From: a virus
Taxonomy: Duplodnaviria; Caudoviricetes
Strand: one strand, 5' to 3'
Length of the DNA stretch: 64,000 nucleotides
Virus record (IMG/VR): IMGVR_UViG_3300036790_000048
Coordinates: 64,001-128,000 of that record
Below are positions 61,694 through 64,000 of the stretch, in pieces. Both the position numbers and the translations under genes were made by a program. A model generated the notes under the pieces. The model searched no databases. It saw nothing but the letters and a program-made list of their open reading frames with translations, and was not told the DNA's origin. Each line of letters begins with the position of its first letter. The stretch's first letter is position 1.

Positions 61694-63700
61694 TCAATCG
61701 GGACGTCCAGGCCCGTGGTAGTTCGGCGCTTCCCCTAGCCCGTACTCGCTACCGCCGAACGTCCGGTCCTCCCAGTCGTCCAGGCTGACCCGCCCGGCCA
61801 CGATCTCACCGAACCCGAACCCGTGGTCGGACGCCGCCATGGGCGGGACGAACCCAATGGGCGCGTCGATCAGCCCGTCACCGACGTAGAAGTTGTCCCC
61901 GCCGACGAACGCTACGCCGCCGTCCTCCTGGCCGCCCTGCTGGATGGCCCCCTGCACCGCGCACGCCAGCGCGTCGCCCATGTCCTTGGACCCGCCGACC
62001 GGGTGGTCCAGCTTGCCGGTGGCTAGCTTGTTCAGGGAGTACAGCTCGCGCAGCAGCGCCGGGTCGCGGTCAGGCGGGTACACCAAGGGCAGCTCCACCC
62101 GCCCCTCATTGAACAGATCGCGCAGCCCGCGGTACGGCTCCGTGCTCAGATCGGTGGACACCCGCTTGGACTCGATGCCGTTCTGCTCCAGGATCTGCAT
62201 GGAGTCAGCCGACTGGAAGCCGTCAAAGCTGAACCACCGGATATTGAACCCGCGCCGCCGCAGCTCCAGGCACAGCTCCCGCGCCCACCGGACCTGTATC
62301 TCGCGCGGCGGGTTGGCCCCGAGGTCAGCCTCGTACTTGATCACGAAGTCCACCACCACGAACGGCCGGCGCTCAGTCATGAGCACGTCCGTGCCGGTAT
62401 CATCGCTGCCGATGACCTCCTGCTCGTCCCAGTTGCGCACGTGCGCCATGGCAATACCAGCGCAGTCCTTGCGCACCGCCAGGTCGGCGTGCATGGCGTA
62501 GACAGCGCCGACCTTGGGCACCAGCCGGGCCGCGAAGTCGTAGACCGTGGTCCAGCTGACCACCGGGGCGCGGCTGCCGTCCGGGTGGATGACCCGGCTC
62601 ACCTCAGGCTCATACCGAACCCGCAGCTGCTCCTGCTCGACCTCTAGGACGCACGCCTCCACCGCGGACTCATTGGAGAAGTACGGGTTGACCGCGGCCG
62701 CCGGGTCGCACTCCAGGCGCGCCTTGGCCAGCACCGGATCGTCCTCGTACTCGGCGTCGAAGTCGCTCCGCTTGCGCAGCGGGTTGACCTCCCAGGTGGC
62801 CTTGGGTCCGGACACGTAGTGCCGGCTGGTCTCCCCCCGCCGCTCCTGCTCCTTGCGCGCCTCCGCCGTCAGCTGCTGGATCATCGACCCCTTGTACCGG
62901 GGGTAGGAGATGCGCACGTTCTTGCCGACCTCTGGGAACCGGGTCATCATCGACGTGCGCATCATCTTGAGGATGGCCTCAGCCGACTTGGTGGACTCCC
63001 GGCTCGCGCTCGACCGGTGCGCCTCCAGCTCCTCTTCCCGCTTGAACGCGTCCACCTCATCCGCCACCGCCAGCAGGAGGTTCAGGCCCTCCTGAGTCTC
63101 GGCGTCGGAGTGGCCGCTGACCGCCTCTCCGAAGGGGTACCGGATCGACCCCTGCAGCGGGTCGGCGTAGCTCTCCAGCCAGCACCCCTTGCGCGTGACC
63201 GACTTGCGCATGGGGCCGAAGAACGCTCGGTTGGCCTGGGGTGCCGACGACGCCACGTTCAGCAGGTGGATCTCGTCCTGCGGCGGGAACCCATAGTAGT
63301 CCAGCGGGCCGGGCAGGCACAGCAGCAGGTACGCCACCCGCATCGACATGACGCGGCAGGTGTGGTCCTTGCCGCCGCCCTTGCCCCACTGCAGCGTGAT
63401 GAAGTTGGTCATGCGCACCGGCCGCGACCAGTAGTCCCTGATCACCGCGTCGCTGCTCTCAGCCAGCTCCAGGTACGTGCGCGGGAAGTAGATCCGCTCG
63501 GCCGCCTGCACCGCGGCGAACTGCTCGGGTGACAGCGGCGGGTTCTTGAGGTACTTCTGGTCGCTGACGAACACGTCCAGCGGGACCGGCTCCTCCACCC
63601 ACTGGATATCCAGCCCAGGCGTAGGCGGCAGGCCAGCGTCATCCTCCGCCGGCTGCGTAGCCCAGTCGAACCCGCCAACCAGGTCAGCGATCTCTGGCAT
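61694..63700 (-). CDS. Terminase large subunit
   Basis: Walker A GKGGGKD, Walker B AVADE, and nuclease motifs HADLA, FDGFQS and DHPVGGSKDMGDA. Confidence 0.92.
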   Translation of the reverse strand: MPEIADLVGGFDWATQPAEDDAGLPPTPGLDIQWVEEPVPLDVFVSDQKYLKNPPLSPEQFAAVQAAERIYFPRTYLELAESSDAVIRDYWSRPVRMTNFITLQWGKGGGKDHTCRVMSMRVAYLLLCLPGPLDYYGFPPQDEIHLLNVASSAPQANRAFFGPMRKSVTRKGCWLESYADPLQGSIRYPFGEAVSGHSDAETQEGLNLLLAVADEVDAFKREEELEAHRSSASRESTKSAEAILKMMRTSMMTRFPEVGKNVRISYPRYKGSMIQQLTAEARKEQERRGETSRHYVSGPKATWEVNPLRKRSDFDAEYEDDPVLAKARLECDPAAAVNPYFSNESAVEACVLEVEQEQLRVRYEPEVSRVIHPDGSRAPVVSWTTVYDFAARLVPKVGAVYAMHADLAVRKDCAGIAMAHVRNWDEQEVIGSDDTGTDVLMTERRPFVVVDFVIKYEADLGANPPREIQVRWARELCLELRRRGFNIRWFSFDGFQSADSMQILEQNGIESKRVSTDLSTEPYRGLRDLFNEGRVELPLVYPPDRDPALLRELYSLNKLATGKLDHPVGGSKDMGDALACAVQGAIQQGGQEDGGVAFVGGDNFYVGDGLIDAPIGFVPPMAASDHGFGFGEIVAGRVSLDDWEDRTFGGSEYGLGEAPNYHGPGRPD

Positions 63701-63703
63701 CAG

Positions 63704-64000
63704 CTAGACGACTTGCCTTTCGACTTCGGCTTGTTCCTGGTGATCGCCTTGGCCACGGCCCTGGTGGCGTAGTCCTTGGCGTCCTCCGGATCAGCGCCGT
63801 TCTTGACCAGCGCCTGCGTGATGAGGTCCAGCGTCATCTGCTCAGGGGAGCCTGGCTTCAGACCCGGACCTTGGCCGCCGACTTTTGCGCCGCCCTGTCC
63901 TTGCTTGCCTGCGCCAGCTGCTGGACCTTGTGGCCCGCCCCCGCCTTGGCCCTGCTTGCTGACGCCCTGGCCTTGGCCGCCTCCGCTGCCGCTGCCGACG
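63704..64000 (-). CDS. C-terminal part of a Gly/Gln-rich protein (enters from the right edge)
   Basis: Open frame ...GQGGGGPQGP...EQMTLDLITQALVKNG...GKSS ending in TAG. Confidence 0.6.

Larger units (their letters stand above)
7450..61702 (-). promoter_or_regulatory. Dispersed putative late-promoter motif (core CGAT, best copies GCCGATAG), 20 copies; the span runs from first to last copy
   Basis: 8-mers with left coordinates 7450, 8740, 14614, 23475, 35220, 36263, 38600, 38786, 41386, 44793, 47158, 48888, 49973, 50507, 51730, 52161, 54011, 54546, 61209 and 61695. Each lies just upstream of a minus-strand start. Confidence 0.75.

Noticed and set aside
1-64000. Calling the element temperate or lytic, or naming a host genus
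   Set aside because: No integrase, att site, immunity repressor, genome end or host gene is in the window. Only an actinomycete-like host can be inferred.

Overview
This window is a 64-kb stretch of a large, very GC-rich tailed phage or prophage, most likely a siphovirus of an actinomycete. Nearly all real genes are on the minus strand. Reading right to left it holds a large terminase, portal, MuF-like head protein, two putative head-cargo enzymes (a HipA/PI3-4-type kinase and a zeta-toxin-like P-loop kinase), a Mu gpI-like protease/scaffold, head decoration protein, major capsid, head-tail genes, a GT4 glycosyltransferase, a lysis-like cassette, major tail tube, a frameshifted tail chaperone, a 2962-aa tape measure, Dit, a 1901-aa tail tip/fibre and an endolysin. 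Islands of small non-structural genes interrupt this order. No integrase, replication gene, sigma factor, reverse transcriptase or CRISPR array is visible. The strongest non-obvious signal is two families of cis-elements. (1) Eight copies of a ~50-bp element head the accessory islands. Seven match the SigR/SigH ECF consensus GGAAT-N18-GTT exactly, most carry a TGACG-NN-CGTCA-type palindrome in the spacer, five are followed by a 5' hairpin that varies in sequence, and every copy abuts or supplies the upstream gene's stop codon. (2) About 20 copies of a sigma28/WhiG-like -10 box (core CGAT, best copies GCCGATAG) precede virion genes, 14 of them 6-8 nt before the start codon, which suggests leaderless late mRNAs. 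Other highlights are a shared ~50-aa tag on the two cargo enzymes, a second tail-tube domain fused to a long N-terminal extension, a tRNA-like RNA with an 8/4 fold, and a K+-channel-like 2TM protein with a degenerate filter. All family calls come from motif recognition by eye; no searches were run.
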